Part shown: positions 20,787 to 36,100 of the stretch, in pieces
How the letters are laid out: the number at the start of each line of letters is the position of its first letter
How positions within the stretch are numbered: position 1 is the first letter of the stretch
DNA from: Macrostomum lignano
Taxonomy: Eukaryota
NCBI GenBank assembly: GCA_002269645.1
Contig: NIVC01003638.1
Coordinates: 1-64,000, forward strand
DNA: 64,000 nt
Direction of reading: 5' to 3'
Notes under the pieces: generated by a model
The model's input: the letters and a program-made list of their open reading frames with translations, nothing else
What the model was told of the DNA's origin: nothing
Database searches by the model: none
Program-made: the position numbers and the translations under genes

Positions 20787-23700
20787 TCTTGATTTTGCAA
20801 ATATATATCGGTGCGGAAGTTGCAGAACTGTGGAATTCTGTTTTCGGAACTTACATGTATCGGCCCGCATTGGATTTTATATGTAGAGTGGCAGAGGAGA
20901 ATGGCGCCATGGAGCTGCAGCTGACGAAATTCTCGGCTCCCATGGAAATTTAGCATGCACAATTAACTGGACAGAAAGCAATTATTGCCTCATTTTGTGC
21001 TGTTGCTAAAGGGCAAACTGCATGTTTCTTAATTGTCCATTGTGACTTAATGTATAGATCTTGGGTGGCAGCAGAATACTAAACAGTAAAAAACTTGGGC
21101 TCTGGTCCGCGATGAGAACTTAACACACGTTGCAGGAAAAAATAGCTGGCTGGTCGAGTGATTTCAAAGCAGATTTCGCGGCAGTGTAAAAGAGATAACC
21201 TCAAACTCAAATGAGTCCGCTTCCCACGATCACATCTGGTTAATTGTTGCCGGGTGTAATTGGGAATTGCGTGCCGTTTCGCTTGACTTAACGAAGTAGA
21301 ATTATCCATCGAGAAATGCTATGCGTCTTTATTAAACTGGCTAAAATAACAGAGATCCATGAATAAATGAAATGTGAAATATTGCATGTACATAAATTTA
21401 GTGAAAAGTTGTACACATCAAGAAGAGTTTGCATATGCAGATTTATGTTGTAGTCATATAGGCATATATAACATTGTGACGTAACCACGCTCTGGTCGCG
21501 GGATAGGGCATGGGAACTTTTTCGAAGGTGCCTCCTATCCCGTGCACCTCCCCTGCGCAGAGCTGTCGAGACTCGGTCAGGTCTCCGGCCAGGCCTGGAG
21601 AGACTCCCGCTCTGCTGCACCCTCCTGCTGCCTTGGCTCCGTCTCCCCTGCCGCCACACCTGCCTTTACGCAGCTCCCTATCCCTCTCTGTACCTCCCCC
21701 TCTACCTTATCTCCCCTGCGCTCCACCCTAGTCTTCTTGTACTTTCCCCATCCCCCCTCTTTTTGTCTCTCTCTGCACTATTTTCCTGCGCTGTCCCCTC
21801 TTTCTCTGCGTCTACTTACAGTATGTTGTGCTCACCGACCTCCCATCCCTTCCCAAACTCCCAAACGGTGACGCAAGTCGTGTGACCCCTTCTTCCCCTC
21901 GATGACTCATCGATGACTCATCCCCCTCTCTTGCGCAACCTTTTCTCATGCTATTGTTCTCCTCCCCAAATTTCTCATGCGACACCCACCCCACCTCCGC
22001 TTCTATTGTTCTCGTTTTTGATTCTTTTGTTCTCTTTACCCCCACCAATTATCACATTTTCTCCGATTTTCTCTTTCTATTGTTCTCGTTTTCGCACCTA
22101 ATTATCACCTTTTCTCCAATGTCCTCTCTCTCTCTCTCTGTGCAGCTGCCTGTAAGTTCCTGTTACTGATTTGTGCTCTAATTGCCTTTGCTTATCCGGA
22201 GTTTGCCTATTTTTCCATTGTCTGATTCGAGGGCTGAGCCAGTTGTGATACCGTACCTTTTGCTGTATTTTTACTCAATAGTGAAGCCGCCTAATTGCCT
22301 GATTATTTGCCTAAGGGCCTAATTATTAACTATTAACTAACCTCATCATTATTCACTCTTTCACCATCATTTCACCCATGGCTTGCTAAGCCTTTCTCCC
22401 GGGGTTGCAAAGCATAAGGAAGTTTGGGTAAGCTAATGGCCTCTCCCCGTGCAAAGCTCGCCTGTGAGTGCGTGCTGCGGGGCCGCGTGTGCGTGCAGTA
22501 GAGGGATTAGCGAGTCTTGGCACAGAATGGCAGCAGGAAGGTTGCAACCCCATGCTGACGCGTCCCTTCGCCTTGAGCAATCTAAACTAGAGACAGTACA
22601 TGTTCGCCTCATACTACTCTTAGTAATCAAAGTCGCAAGTCCGCCTCGCTCACAGCCACAAAGGATCCCCTGCTGAGAAATCCTCCAGATTGAGCCCAGA
22701 GTTCCCGATCATGCCCCCAAGCAGAGTCCCTGTACTCGGCTGCATGTGTCTCCCCTGTTAGCCTAAATCTCCTGGTAACCATCCCAGGCGGGGCTCTAGC
22801 CTCGAGAGGTCTGGTAGAAAGATCCAGGTGCGCCAGGTCACATAGAGTGGTGGCAGCCACTCGGTCATACTATGACCGAGTGACCAACTATTGCACCTTG
22901 GCTACAGGTGGGGTCCATGTGGGTCTTTGGCCCTCTGGTCACAAAGCGCTACCAATTAAGCTATCAATCATGTGGGCGGGACAGTCTGGTGCTGGAGGTC
23001 CGTCAGGTCATTGCCCAGTCATAGGCAGCCTACGGTCATTGCCCCCTCTGGTCATGCGTTCGTCTCTCTACGGAGCGGACAGGCGACAAGGGCGGTTACA
23101 TCAATTGATTTATATTGAGTGCAAGGTAAGCTGCGCGCAAATTCCATACAGTAAAATACCAGAGAGAAGTATTTGAATTGCCATGTATGAACATGCTACA
23201 GAATTTCCAAATCAACCGGCCTATATATATAAATACAGGCTCGCTCAAGGATAAAGTGTTATGCGTGATATATGTACATTAGGGATCCGGTCCGAGACTT
23301 GTACATACTGCAGTACATAAATCTATTTACAAGTACTCTCGTACAAGTTACATATTCCGAACTTGCACACGCATGAATTATACCAGTATTTAAGCTGTTG
23401 AAAATTAGTTGAATTCAGAATAGCAAATTTGCCTAAAGAGAGCTGGGGGACCTATATCGCTCGTCTTTTTTCATTTCATAATTAAGTTTTGTGAAATTTA
23501 GGTCTTATCGGCACCTTTTAATCTTCAAACGCAAAATAATTAGTAAACTGCTGTTCCTTTTTAAAGTATCGTCCGACAAGTTGATATTTGTCAGGGCCAT
23601 TGTTATACGTATGTTGTAACGTATTGAACTGCATATTTAACATAAAATATTAAATTTTAGTAAAAATAAGAGATCAAAAAGTTTTTTATTTTGGTTAATG

Positions 23701-24181
23701 TGCTTACAGCCACAAAAATGCCTTCTTTGATTTAACTATTAAATATTTTTCTGAGAACTTTAGGCACAAATTTAACATGATTAAAACGAGCATGGTTTAT
23801 ACCGCCCGATCATCACCAAGTGATATTATTTGATTGATAAGCCTACCCACCCTGCTCTACAACTAGCTAAGACTTTTTGATTGAGTTGAGTTGAGAAGAA
23901 AAAATACTAAAGCTTGTCCGAATTGTTTTTTCTCAAGTATATTTTCTGTAAAAGAGTAAAACATTTACTTTTGATACTTTGTCTCGTCTGTTGTCTGTTA
24001 GTTTGGGTTCGGGCCTAGGCCTATGATTTTGTAAATATATTGTATAGGCTATTGCAAAATTTGACCATTCTAATATTGCTACAGTAAAAAGACGGTGCCC
24101 TTAACAAATCAGTAGATGAAATCAGTAAAAAATAGTCTGTTGTTGGTTTTTTGAGTTTAATTATTTTATTCTCAAAGTAAA

Positions 24182-27100
24182 ATGTCAATGCCAATGGACA
24201 TAGATATATCTTGTCTCCCACTGGATGTCCGTGCAAAACTAGCAGAACTTGAGTTGGAACTATCAGATGGTGAGTGGTGTTATTTTTATCTTAAAAATAT
24301 GAGATATACAATATATAGGCTTAATTCATAAATCTAAAAAATTGCAAAATTCTCTTTCTTTGCATAATTAATCACCTATTTATTTTTTAGTTTTAAATAC
24401 TTAATTAGGCTTATATTGTGCTATTATTTAATACAAGATTTTTAAACTGATCTTTTAGCTAAAAATCTTAATTTATCTAAAATGATTTTAAAGTGAAGCC
24501 CATAGTCTGGTTCATGCTGGGTGCACACCCGAAAAAAAATTAGTACACGCCCATTCTCAAAAATATGCCGGTGTTGCAATAATAAATGACCTTTTTTATG
24601 TTGTGACAATAAAAGACCTTTTTTAATTTGCGTAATACACCCTTATTATTAGATAATTTTATGGCTTTTAAGGCTTTTTTGGCGATACTATTTACAGCCG
24701 AAAGTTTATACATGCAAATATTTGTTTAAATACTCTTTTACAAGCTGGAAAAAAACGGAAAGCTTGAAATTTGCGCCTAAAAATGAACTTTTTTATCTTT
24801 TTTCTACTTTACAATAACTCTTACACATGATTCTATAAAGTGCATGCCAGGTGTGCACGCATACTTTTTTCTCAGGAGTGATGCACACCAACTGTGCACG
24901 CCTAATTTTGGTGTGCAAAGCCAATGCATGCCCAAATTTTTGGGCATATACTATATCACTTAATAACTGACAAATAAGACTATTGAAGCCTTTAATTTTA
25001 GAGATAAAGCAGTAAAAATGAATTAATGACATGTTGTTAGCTTTAAAGGGTTTTTTCAAGACAACATTAAGTCCCTTGGATTAAAAATAAAAAAATAAAG
25101 ATTTCTAATGCTGTATATACATTGTGCAAATAGGATAATAGTGGACTAAAGTTAAGATGAATATTTTTACTTTTAATGTAAATAGCCTAGTGAAGCTTAT
25201 TAGTCCCTTAGATCAAAGACTAAACAATAGATTTTCTATACCATATGCATATGCACCTTGTATAACTGGAGTAGTAGGGGCTAAAGTTAAGATAAATATA
25301 TCCTAGCCATTTTTATGCAATAAATGAGATTCTATTAATGAGTGATAAGTTGAAGTATTTATTATCACTCTGTACTCCAGCACTATATTATAGTAAATGA
25401 TAGATAACTATTGTCATTGGATTTAGCTTCATTAAAATTTATGGGATGTTATAAGAAAATTTATTATATATATGGATAAAGATTGGCTATGGGAGAAATT
25501 AAATATATTTGCCAATATACAAGCTAGATATGGGAAAATTTTGGTTATAGTAGAGCTCTAACATCTACCCTAACTTTACTATATTGATAAACCATTTTTT
25601 TATTTAATTTATAAAATTTTTTTGCCTTCTTAAATACTTGTCTCACTATACTATGTCTCTTTTTTATGCCAACTATGCTAAAATATGCTTCCAAAATTCC
25701 AATGCTCTGCTTAACAATTGGTCTAAGTAAAGTTTATATATCAAAATATACAAACTCTACTTGCAACTATATAACTTTATTTTGCATTAATATTTACCTA
25801 CTTTTTATATAATGTTAATATAGATTAATGGTCTCCAGCAGTCTATTAATGTGTACTTACATACTGCATTGAACTTTCAATACTGTTAGATTTCCACACG
25901 TGTTTTTCTTGTTTTTCAACATTTAAAGGCGACATCACCCAGAAGGGATATAAGAAGAAGCGAGCCAGACTATTGGACCCCTACATTGCCAAGAAGCAGC
26001 AGCAAGGACCAGCCGCTAGCGCCAGTGGAGAAGGTGGCAGTGGCGCCAGCGCCGCGTCTCCAGCTGTGCGTTGCCAAGCAGGCGGCGGCGGCAGACGCGA
26101 CGATATTCGCTATCACTCGGAGATTCGAGCCGAGGCTGTGCAGGCTGCGCTAGCCAGGAATAGGGAGGCTTCAGCTGCCGGCCCGGCTGGCGTGACGACC
26201 GGTGCACCACCCGCTGCGCCGCCTGCGCCCTCTGGTCGGCGTGTACAGCAGTCATCTGGCACTGCGGCAGCTGTTCGATGTGAGTCTGAGCTGCAGTTGT
26301 GCTGCTCTTATTGGTTTTTTCCTGCTGATTGAGTAATGTCTGAGAGCAGATAGATTACAGTCAGTCAAACAGATACCCAAAGACAGGCAGACAGGTGTCC
26401 AAAGACATGCAGACAGATACCCGGACAGTCAGACAGATGCCCAAAGACAGTCAGAAAGATACCCAAAGACAGTCAGACAGATGCCCAAAGACATGCAGAC
26501 AGATACCCAAAGACAGTCAGACAGATGCCCAAAGACATGCAGACAGATGCCCAAAGACATGCAGACAGATGCCCAAAGACAGGCAGACAGGTGCCCAAAG
26601 ACAGTCAGACAGATACCCAAAGACAGGCAGACAGATGCCCAAAGACAGTCAGACAGATTCCCAAAGACAGTCAGACAGATACCCAAAGACAGTCAGACAG
26701 ATACCCAAAGACAGGCAGACAGATGCCCAAAGATAGACAGACAGATTCCCAAAGACAGGCAGACAGATGCCCAAAGACAGTCAGACAGATACCCAAAGAC
26801 ATGCAGACAGATGCCCAAAGACAGGCAGACAGGTGCCCAAAGACAGTCAGACAGATACCCAAAGACAGGCAGACAGATGCCCAAAGAAATGCAGACAGAT
26901 GCCCAAAGACATGCAGACAGATGCCCAAAGACAGGCAGACAGGTGCCCAAAGACAGTCAGACAGATACCCAGACATGCAGACAGATGCCCAAATACATGC
27001 AGACAGATGCCCAAAGACAGGCAGACAGATGCCCAAAGACAGGCAGACAGGTGCCCAAAGACAGTCAGACAGATACCCAGACATGCAGACAGATGCCCAA

Positions 27101-30100
27101 ATACATGCAGACAGATGCCCAAAGACATGCAGACAGATGCCCAAAGACAGGCAGACAGGTGCCCAAAGACAGTCAGACAGATACCCAAAGACAGGCAGAC
27201 AGATGCCCAAAGACATGCAGACAGATGCCCAAAGACAGGCAGACAGGTGCCCAAAGACAGTCAGACAGATACCCAAAGACAGTCAGACAGATACCCAAAG
27301 ACAGGCAGACAGATGCCCAAAGAAATGCAGACAGATACCCAGACATGCAGACAGATGCCCAAATACATGCAGACAGATACCCAGACAGTCAGACAGATGC
27401 CCAAAGATAGTCAGACAGATACCCAAAGACAGGCAGACAGATGTCCAAAGACAGTCAGACAGATACCCAAAGACAGGCAGACAGATGCCCAAAGATAGAC
27501 AGACAGATTCCCAAAGACAGGCAGACAGATGCCCAAAGACATGCAGACAGATGCCCAAAGACAGGCAGACAGGTGCCCAAAGACAGTCAGACAGATACCC
27601 AAAGACAGGCAGACAGATGCCCAAAGAAATGCAGACAGATACCCAGACATGCAGACAGATGCCCAAATACATGCAGACAGATACCCAGACAGTCAGACAG
27701 ATGCCCAAAGATAGTCAGACAGATACCCAAAGACAGGCAGACAGATGTCCAAAGACAGTCAGACAGATACCCAAAGACAGGCAGACAGATGCCCAAAGAT
27801 AGACAGACAGATTCCCAAAGACAGGCAGACAGATGCCCAAAGACAGTCAGACAGATACCCAAAGACATGCAGACAGATGCCCAATGACAGTCAGACAGAT
27901 ACCCAAAGATAGGCAGACAGATTCCCAAAGACATGCAGACAGATACCCAAAGACAGGCAGACAGATGCCCAAAGACAGTCAGACAGATTCCCAAAGACAG
28001 TCAGACAGATACCCAAAGACAGTCAGACAGATACCCAAAGACAGGCAGACAGATGCCCAAAGATAGACAGACAGATTCCCAAAGACAGGCAGACAGATGC
28101 CCAAAGACAGTCAGACAGATACCCAAAGACATGCAGACAGATGCCCAATGACAGTCAGACAGATGCCCAAAGACATGCAGACAGATACCCAAAGACAGTC
28201 AGACAGATGCCCAAAGATAGACAGACAGATTCCCAAAGACAGGCAGACAGATGCCCAAAGACAGTCAGACAGATACCCAAAGATAGGCAGACAGATTCCC
28301 AAAGACATGCAGACAGATACCCAAAGACAGGCAGACAGATGCCCAAAGACAGTCAGACAGATTCCCAAAGACAGTCAGACAGATACCCAAAGACAGTCAG
28401 ACAGATACCCAAAGACAGGCAGACAGATGCCCAAAGATAGACAGACAGATTCCCAAAGACAGGCAGACTGATGCCCAAAGACAGTCAGACAGATACCCAA
28501 AGACATGCAGACAGATGCCCAATGACAGTCAGACAGATGTCCAAAGACATGCAGACAGATACCCAAAGACATGCAGACAGATACCCAAAGACAGTCAGAC
28601 AGATGCCCAAAGACAGTCCGACAGATTCCCAAAGACAGTCAGACAGATACCCAAAGACAGTCAGACAGATACCCAAAGACAGTCAGACAGATGTCCAAAG
28701 ACATGCAGACAGATACCCAAAGACATGCAGACAGATACCCAAAGACATGCAGACAGATACCCAAAGACATGCAGACAGATACCCAAAGACAGTCAGACAG
28801 ATACCCAAAGACATGCAGACAGATACCCAAAGACAGTCAGACAGATGCCCAAAGACAGTCCGACAGATGCCCAAAGACATGCAGACAGATACCCAAAGAC
28901 AGTCCGACAGATGCCCAAAGATAGGCAGACAGATGCCCAAAGACAGTCAGACAGATGCCCAAAGATAGGCAGACAGATGCCCAAAGACAGTCAGACATAT
29001 GTCCAAAGACATGCAGACAGATACCCAAAGACATGCAGACAGATACCCAAAGACATGCAGACAGCCGATACCCAGACTCGATCTAGCCACTACAAGTAAA
29101 TATTGCAATTGGACAGCATTTCGAAGAAAAATCAATGAATTTCATTCAAACCTTTCAGTGGCCAGCGACGGCGACTCAACTGACGATGCACTGGACGACG
29201 ACGACGATGACGACGGAGAGGAAGACGACGACGCTGACATCAGCGAAGAGGCGGAGAACAACGCCGGCAATGGTGGCGCAGCATTCACGCTTGACGCCGG
29301 CAGTTCAAGCGCTGATGGGTCGCTGCCGTCTGCCCAGCAACAGCAGCAGCAGCCGCCGCAGCAATCTTCGCCAGCTCGCACCCAGCAGCAGCAGCAGTCT
29401 AGCACTGGAGCCTACGTGATTCGCGGCAATGCTTATCTAGGCATGCCCACGAACGACAGTCGGCATATCGGCATGGACAGCGGCGGGGGCGGCGGCGGAG
29501 GCAACGCTTCCATGTCTACACTGCGTCGAGTTGACGACGCTGTTGGTCAGCAGCGCTCCAAGAAGCAGCAACAGCAGCAGCAACAGACCTCGACGCCAGG
29601 TCCGCCGCCACAGTCGCGCACCTCGGCAAAGATTCAACAGCTGATGCAGACTCTGGCGCATCCGAAGCGTCGCCCGCTACCTGAAATGTACGCTGACGAC
29701 GAAGACGACGATTTATTGCCGACAAACGCTGCCGGCGCGGATCGGCGCCAGTCGGCAAAGTCGACTGACGCGTCGGCGCCGAAGCCGCAGGGCGAGGAGA
29801 GCCTGCCGGTGGTCGGCGAGCCGGCCGCCCTGCCGCCGCCGTCTCACGCCAGCATCGAGGAAGCCCTGGCCAGGGCAGCATCGTCAAAGTCCACCGCCGT
29901 GTCCACCATGGAGCCGGGCGGCAGGCTGTCATCCGGGCTGACCTACGCCAAGCTCTATAGCCGATCGCGGAAGCTGGCGCATCATCTGCTCAACCGACTG
30001 GGCCATCGGGGCGATCTCAGCTTGAAACCCGGCGACAGAGTGGCTTTGGCCTATCCTGGCCACGATCCCTCCGGATTTGCTGTCGGATTTCTCGCCTGCC

Positions 30101-33100
30101 AGCTGGCTGGTCTGGTGGCTGTGCCCGTTGAACCGCCGCCTCTGTGCGTGTCAGCTACCGGCTTTTTACTCAGCTCGCTTGAGGTGAGACTGCCGGTTAA
30201 TTGCTGCGTTTTGACGTTTGGATTGGCTTAGCGTTGTCTCTTACAACGGCTGAAACAATTGTTCCATCTGGTGGCTTCAGGGAAGCAGTAGTTCAGTCTG
30301 GTGGCTTCAGGGAAGCGGTAGTTCAGTCTGGTACGTAGCTTCCGGGAAGCGGTAGTTCAGTCTGATGGCTTCAGGGAAGCGTTAGTTCAGTCTGGTGGCT
30401 TCAGGGAAGCGGTAGTTCAGTCTGATCTGATGGCTTCAGGGAAGCGGTAGTTCAGTCTGATAGCTTCAGGGAAGCGGTAGTTCAGTCTGATCTGATGGCT
30501 TCAGGGAAGCGGTAGTTCAGTCTGATGGCTTCAGGGAAGCGTTAATTCAGTCTGGTGGCTTCAGGGAAGCGGTAGTTCAGTCTGGTGGCTTCAGGGAAGC
30601 GGTAGTTCAGTCTGATCTGATGGCTTCAGGGAAGCGGTAGTTCAGTCTGATGGCTTCAGGGAAGCGGTAGTTCAGTCTGATGGCTTCAGGGAAGCGGTAG
30701 TTCAGTCTGGTGGCTTCAGGGAAGCGGTAGTTCAGTCTGGTACGTAGCTTCCGGGAAGCGGTAGTTCAGTCTGGTACGTAGCTTCCGGGAAGCGGTAGTT
30801 CAATCTGATGGCTTCAGGGAAGCGGTAGTTCTATCTGATGGCTTCATGGAAGCGGTAGTTCAATCTGATGGCTTCAGGGAACCGGTAGTTCAATCTGATG
30901 GCTTCAGGGAACCGGTAGTTCAATCTGATGGCTTCAGGGAAGCGGTAGTTCTATCTGATGGCTTCAGGGAAGCGGTAGTTCAATCTGATGGCTTCAGGGA
31001 AGCGGTAGTTCAGTCTGGTGGCTTCAGGGAAGCGGTAGTTCAGTCTGGTGGCTTCAGGGAAGCGGTAGTTCAGTCTGGTGGCTTCAGGGAAGCGGTAGTT
31101 CAGTCTGATGGCTTCAGGGAAGCGGTAGTTCAGTCTGGTGGCTTCAGTCTAATTAATAGCAATTTTAAACCCGTAATACATTGACCCCGGCATAATCCAA
31201 GGTTCGAGTCCTGCTCACAAACGACTCATTCTTCCGAGCTGTAACCAAAGGCGGGCACGAGCCGCCGACATATCCGGGCTGGCCGCCCGGCCTGCTCTGG
31301 TCCACTGCGGGCGGCGGCGACTCAAGCAGCAACTTGGCCACGCCGCCAAAGGACTGGCAGGCGCCGGCCCTGGCGCCCGGCGGCATTGATCCAGCCAACT
31401 TGGCCTGCATTGAATACGCCTACGGCCGCGATGGCAGCGTTAGAGGTGTCTGCATTACCCGGGCCGCACTGCTGGCCCACACTGCGGCACTGTGCTCTAC
31501 GCTTGGCTATAGCAACGGCGAGACTATGCTGTGCCTGTTGGACGCCAAGCGCGAGCTGGGCCTGTGGCACGGCCTGCTGGCCGCTATCTGCTCCGGCGTG
31601 CACACAATTCACGTGCCTTACAATGTGATGAAAGCCGAGCCGCTGTCCTGGCTGCGACTGCTGTCTAAGCTCAGGGCATCGCTTGCTCTAGCTAAATCTC
31701 GCGACCTATACTGGTCTCTGCTAGCTGCTGGCAGAGATTCTCAGCATCATCACAAGAGTAGCCATTCGGATATCAATTTGGCTTCGCTGCGCTGTTTAAT
31801 CGTGTCGGACGGCGCTAATCCTTGGTCTCTAACCAGCTGCGATTCTTTTGTAGCCGCGTTTAAATCGCGCGGCCTTCGCTCGGAGGTGATGTGCCCGTGC
31901 GCTTATTCATCGGAATCGCTGACAGTGTCCGTGCGTAGGCCCGCCAGTAACGCCAGCTCAGACAGCGGCGGAGCTACTGGCAGAGGCGTGTTGAGCATGC
32001 TGGGCCTGAGTCACGGCGTTGTACGAGTGGACTCGGAGGCCTCGTATACGTCATTGACACTGCAGGATTGCGGACAGGTGAGGCCGGGGAGCGACGGAGG
32101 AGCTGGGGGAGGAAGGAATGCATCCTACAGGTAGGAGAGGGGAAAAAGGGTGTAAGAGAGGGGGAGGGGTTGTAGGAGAGGGGAAAGGGGTGTAGGAGAG
32201 GGGAAAGGGGTGTTGGAGAGGGGGAGGGGTTGTAGGAGAGGGGAAAGGGGTGTAGGAGAGGGGAAAGGGGTGTTGGAGAGGGGAAAGGGATGTAGGAGAG
32301 GGGAAAGGGGTGTTGGAGAGGGGAAGGGATGTAGGAGAGGGGAAAGGGGTGTAGGAGAGGAGAAAAGAATGTAGGAGAGGGCAAAAAGATGTAGGAGAGG
32401 GATGGGGAATGTAGGAGAGGGAAAGGGGTGTAGGAGAGGGGAAAGGGGTGTTGGAGAGGGGAAAGGGATGTAGGAGAGGGAAAGGGGTGTAGGAGAGGGG
32501 AAAGGGGTGTTGGAGAGGGGAAAGGGATGTAGGAGAGGGGAAAGGGGTGTTGGAGAGGGGAAAGGGATGTAGGAGAGGGGAAAGGGGTGTAGGAGAGGGG
32601 AAAGGACTGTAGGAGAGGAGAAAAGGATGTAGGAGAGGGCAAAGGGATTTAGGAGAGAGGAAAGGGGTGTAGGAGAGGGCAAAGGGATGTAGGAGAGGGG
32701 ATAGGGGTGTAGGAGCGGGGAAAGGGATGTAGGAGAGTCAGGGAATGTAGAAGAGAATATCAAAAATACCCAATACGCAATGATCGTCCCCATCCATGCC
32801 TTTCCAGGTGATGCCCAACTCTGCCGTTGCTGTGGCAAAGCTCGACTCGCCCCGTCTGTGCCGTCAGGACGAAGTCGGCGAAATCTGCGTCTGCGCACGG
32901 TACACTGGGCAGCGTTACTGGGGCTTGGCTGGCCTTAGCAACCAGGTGTTCCGCTGTCAGCTAACCACGGAAGCTGGCGAGGCCGTGTCGGATGAGGATG
33001 CCTTCGTGCGGACCGGCCTGCTGGGCTTTCTGGGACCTCCGGGATCGGTGAGCTGGGATGAGAATGGCATGTATAGTTGTGAGACGGCATGTATAGTTTC

Positions 33101-36100
33101 GGAATGGCATTTATAATTGTGAAATGGCATGTATATAGTTTGGGAATGGCATGTATAGTTGTGAACTGGTATGTATAGTTTGGGAATGGCATGTATAGTT
33201 GTGGAATGGCATGTATAGTTGTGAACTGGTATGTATAGTTTGGGAATGGTATGTATAGTTTGGGAATGGCATGTATAGTTTGGGAATGGTATGTATAGTT
33301 TGGGAATGGCATGTATAGTTTGGGAATGGCATGTATAGTTGTGAGACGGCATGTATAGTTGTGGAATGGCATGTATAGTCGTGCGATGGCATGTATAGTT
33401 GTGGAATGGCATGTGTAGTTTGGGAATGGCATGTATAGTTGTGAGACGGCATGTATAGTTGTGGAATGGCATGCATAGTTGTGAGATTGAATGTATAGTT
33501 GTGGAATGGCATGTATAGTTGTGGAATGGTATGTATAGTCGTGAGATTGAATGTATAGTTGTGGAATGGCATGCATAGTTGTGAGATTGAATGTATAGTT
33601 GTGGAATGGCATGTATAGTTTGGGAATGGCATGTATAGTTGTGGAATGGTATGTATAGTCGTGAGATTGAATGTATAGTTGTGGAATGGCATGTATAGTT
33701 TGGAAATGGCATGTATAGTTGTGGAATGGCATGTATAGTTTGGGAATGGCATGTATAGTTGTGGAATGGCATGTATAGTTGTGGAATGGCATGTATAGTT
33801 GTGGAATGGCATGTATAGTTTGGGAATGGCATGTATAGTTGTGAGATGGCATGTATATAGTTTGGGAATGGCATGTATAGTTGTGGAATGGCATGTATAG
33901 TTGTGAACTGGTATGTATTGTTTGGGAATGGCATGTATAGTTGTGAACTGGTATGTATAGTTTGGGAATTGCATGTATAGCTGTGGAATAGCATGTATAA
34001 TTTGAGAATGGCATGTATAGTTGTGGGATGGCATTTATATTCATGGAATGACATACAAAGTTGAAGTGGCAATGTGGTAGGGAATAGAGGAAATAATTAT
34101 AAAGACACTTTTCTGTTTAATGTAGCAATAGTGTTAGCCACACAAGTGAACAGAGCGTTTCGCATTCTGTTATTTTGTAATATTATTCCACTTGCGCCTT
34201 CGAAGGCTTATTATTACGTACATATGGCATACAGGAGTGCATAAGTAATATAATAGCCGAGGGCACGCCCTACATATCGGACAGGCTGAGCGGGAAGGAG
34301 GGGATGAAAGGAAGGGATTAGAGGACCAGATGGAGGCCGGGTTGCGGAGGGAGAGAAAAATATGCTTGCCAGTTTTTTTTGTTTGTCCTTTCGTTCCATT
34401 GACTTCTTTAGTTTAGGCTAGGCGTGGGAGACGGGCGGGGTTGGCGCCAATGATGCTTGCCGCTATTTTTAGACTGTGCATTGTGAATCAGCCGGTCAGG
34501 CCAAGCTTTTAGATAGTAGAAAGCTGTAAGCTATAACTAATTTTATGTTGCAACTGACGCTTTGGCGTTATGGTTATAACTGGGTCGTTTTTTCTATGCT
34601 TGTTTTAGCCTTGTCTTTCCCACTTAGCTTGGGAAATCTGCCGTTTTAGAGGCTTTATTACAATAGTTATGGCTATTTAGTACAATACTGCTGTTCATAT
34701 TATACACTCTCTACCAGAGAATACCCAGATTGTCTACCCTCCCCGATTGTCTACCCTCCCCGACTGTCTACCCTCCCCGACTGTCTACCCTCCCCGATTG
34801 TCTACCCTCCCTGATTGTCTACCCTCCCAGACTTTCTACCCTTCCCTACTGTCTACCCTCCCCGACTGTCTACCCTCCCCGACTGTCTACCCTCCCCGAT
34901 TGTCTACCCTCCCCGACTGTCTACCCTCCCCGATTGTCTACCCTCCCCGATTGTCTACCCTCCCCGATTGTCTACCCTCCCCGACTGTCTACCCTTCCCG
35001 ATTGTCTACCCTCCCCGACTGTCTACCCTCCCCGATTGTCTACCCTCCCCGACTGTCTACCCTCCCCGACTGTCTACCCTCCCCGACTGTCTACCCTCCC
35101 CGACTGTCTACCCTCCCCGATTCTCTTCCCTCCCCGATTCTCTTCCCTCCCCGACTGTCTACCCTCCCCGATTCTCTTCCCTCCCCGACTGTCTACCCTT
35201 CCCGATTTCCAAGCAGCTGTAGCCAATGTTAGCCGCAACACAAACTCAAAATTGTAGATAAAAGCAGAAATAACACACACACACGCACACACACCCGCGA
35301 AAAACGTTTTAAACTTTATATGAACAAATAACCATGACTACGAGTATATATACGGGACGGCTCTGCATACATGGATGCAGCTATAGATATATCTACAGCT
35401 ATTTCTAATGCGCAATCTGGGTAGGATTGGCTGTGTAGCCATTTTTTATTTTCTCCCCTTGGTTTCGGCCCATTCCATCTCCCTCTTGTCCCCCTCCCGA
35501 TCCCAACACTGCTGCCTGCATGCTAGCAATAAATACTTTGAATGCTAGCCTTAACTTACTAATCCGGGATACGAAAATTCGTCGAATTTAATGTCCCACT
35601 TGCACACTAACGGATTGCCATTCTCTGCAGGCCTGTGCGCTCGATCCGTATTGGGTTTTGGGATCGTTCGTCTTGGGGTTTGGGGATTATTCGTGTTGGA
35701 GTTTGGGGATTATTCGTGTTAGTTTTTTGGGATTATTCGTGTTAGTTTTTTGGGATTATTCGTGTTAGTTTTTTTGGGATTATTCGTGTTGGAGTTTGGG
35801 GATTATTCGTGTTAGTTTTTTGGGATTATTCGTGTTAGTTTTTTGGGATTATTCGTGTTGGAGTTTGGGGATTATTCGGGTAGGAGTTTGGGGATTATTC
35901 GTGTTGGAGTTTGGGGATTATTCGTGTTGGAGTTTGGGGATTATTCGTGTTGGAGTTTGGGGATTATTCGTGTTGGAGTTTGGGGATTATTCGCATAGGG
36001 ATTAAAAATGTAACCATTCATATTGAAATAGGAATTTTTAGAATCCAGATTACTGACTCAGTAGGATTGAGAATCAACTCCCATCCAATTGAATCACACA

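Noticed and set aside
21475-23099. GC-richer block beginning TGTGACGTAACC and ending GGCGGTTACA, a possible solo LTR
   Set aside because: There is no matching target-site duplication, no second copy in the window and no recognisable gag/pol. It is probably a repeat, but I cannot support a class.
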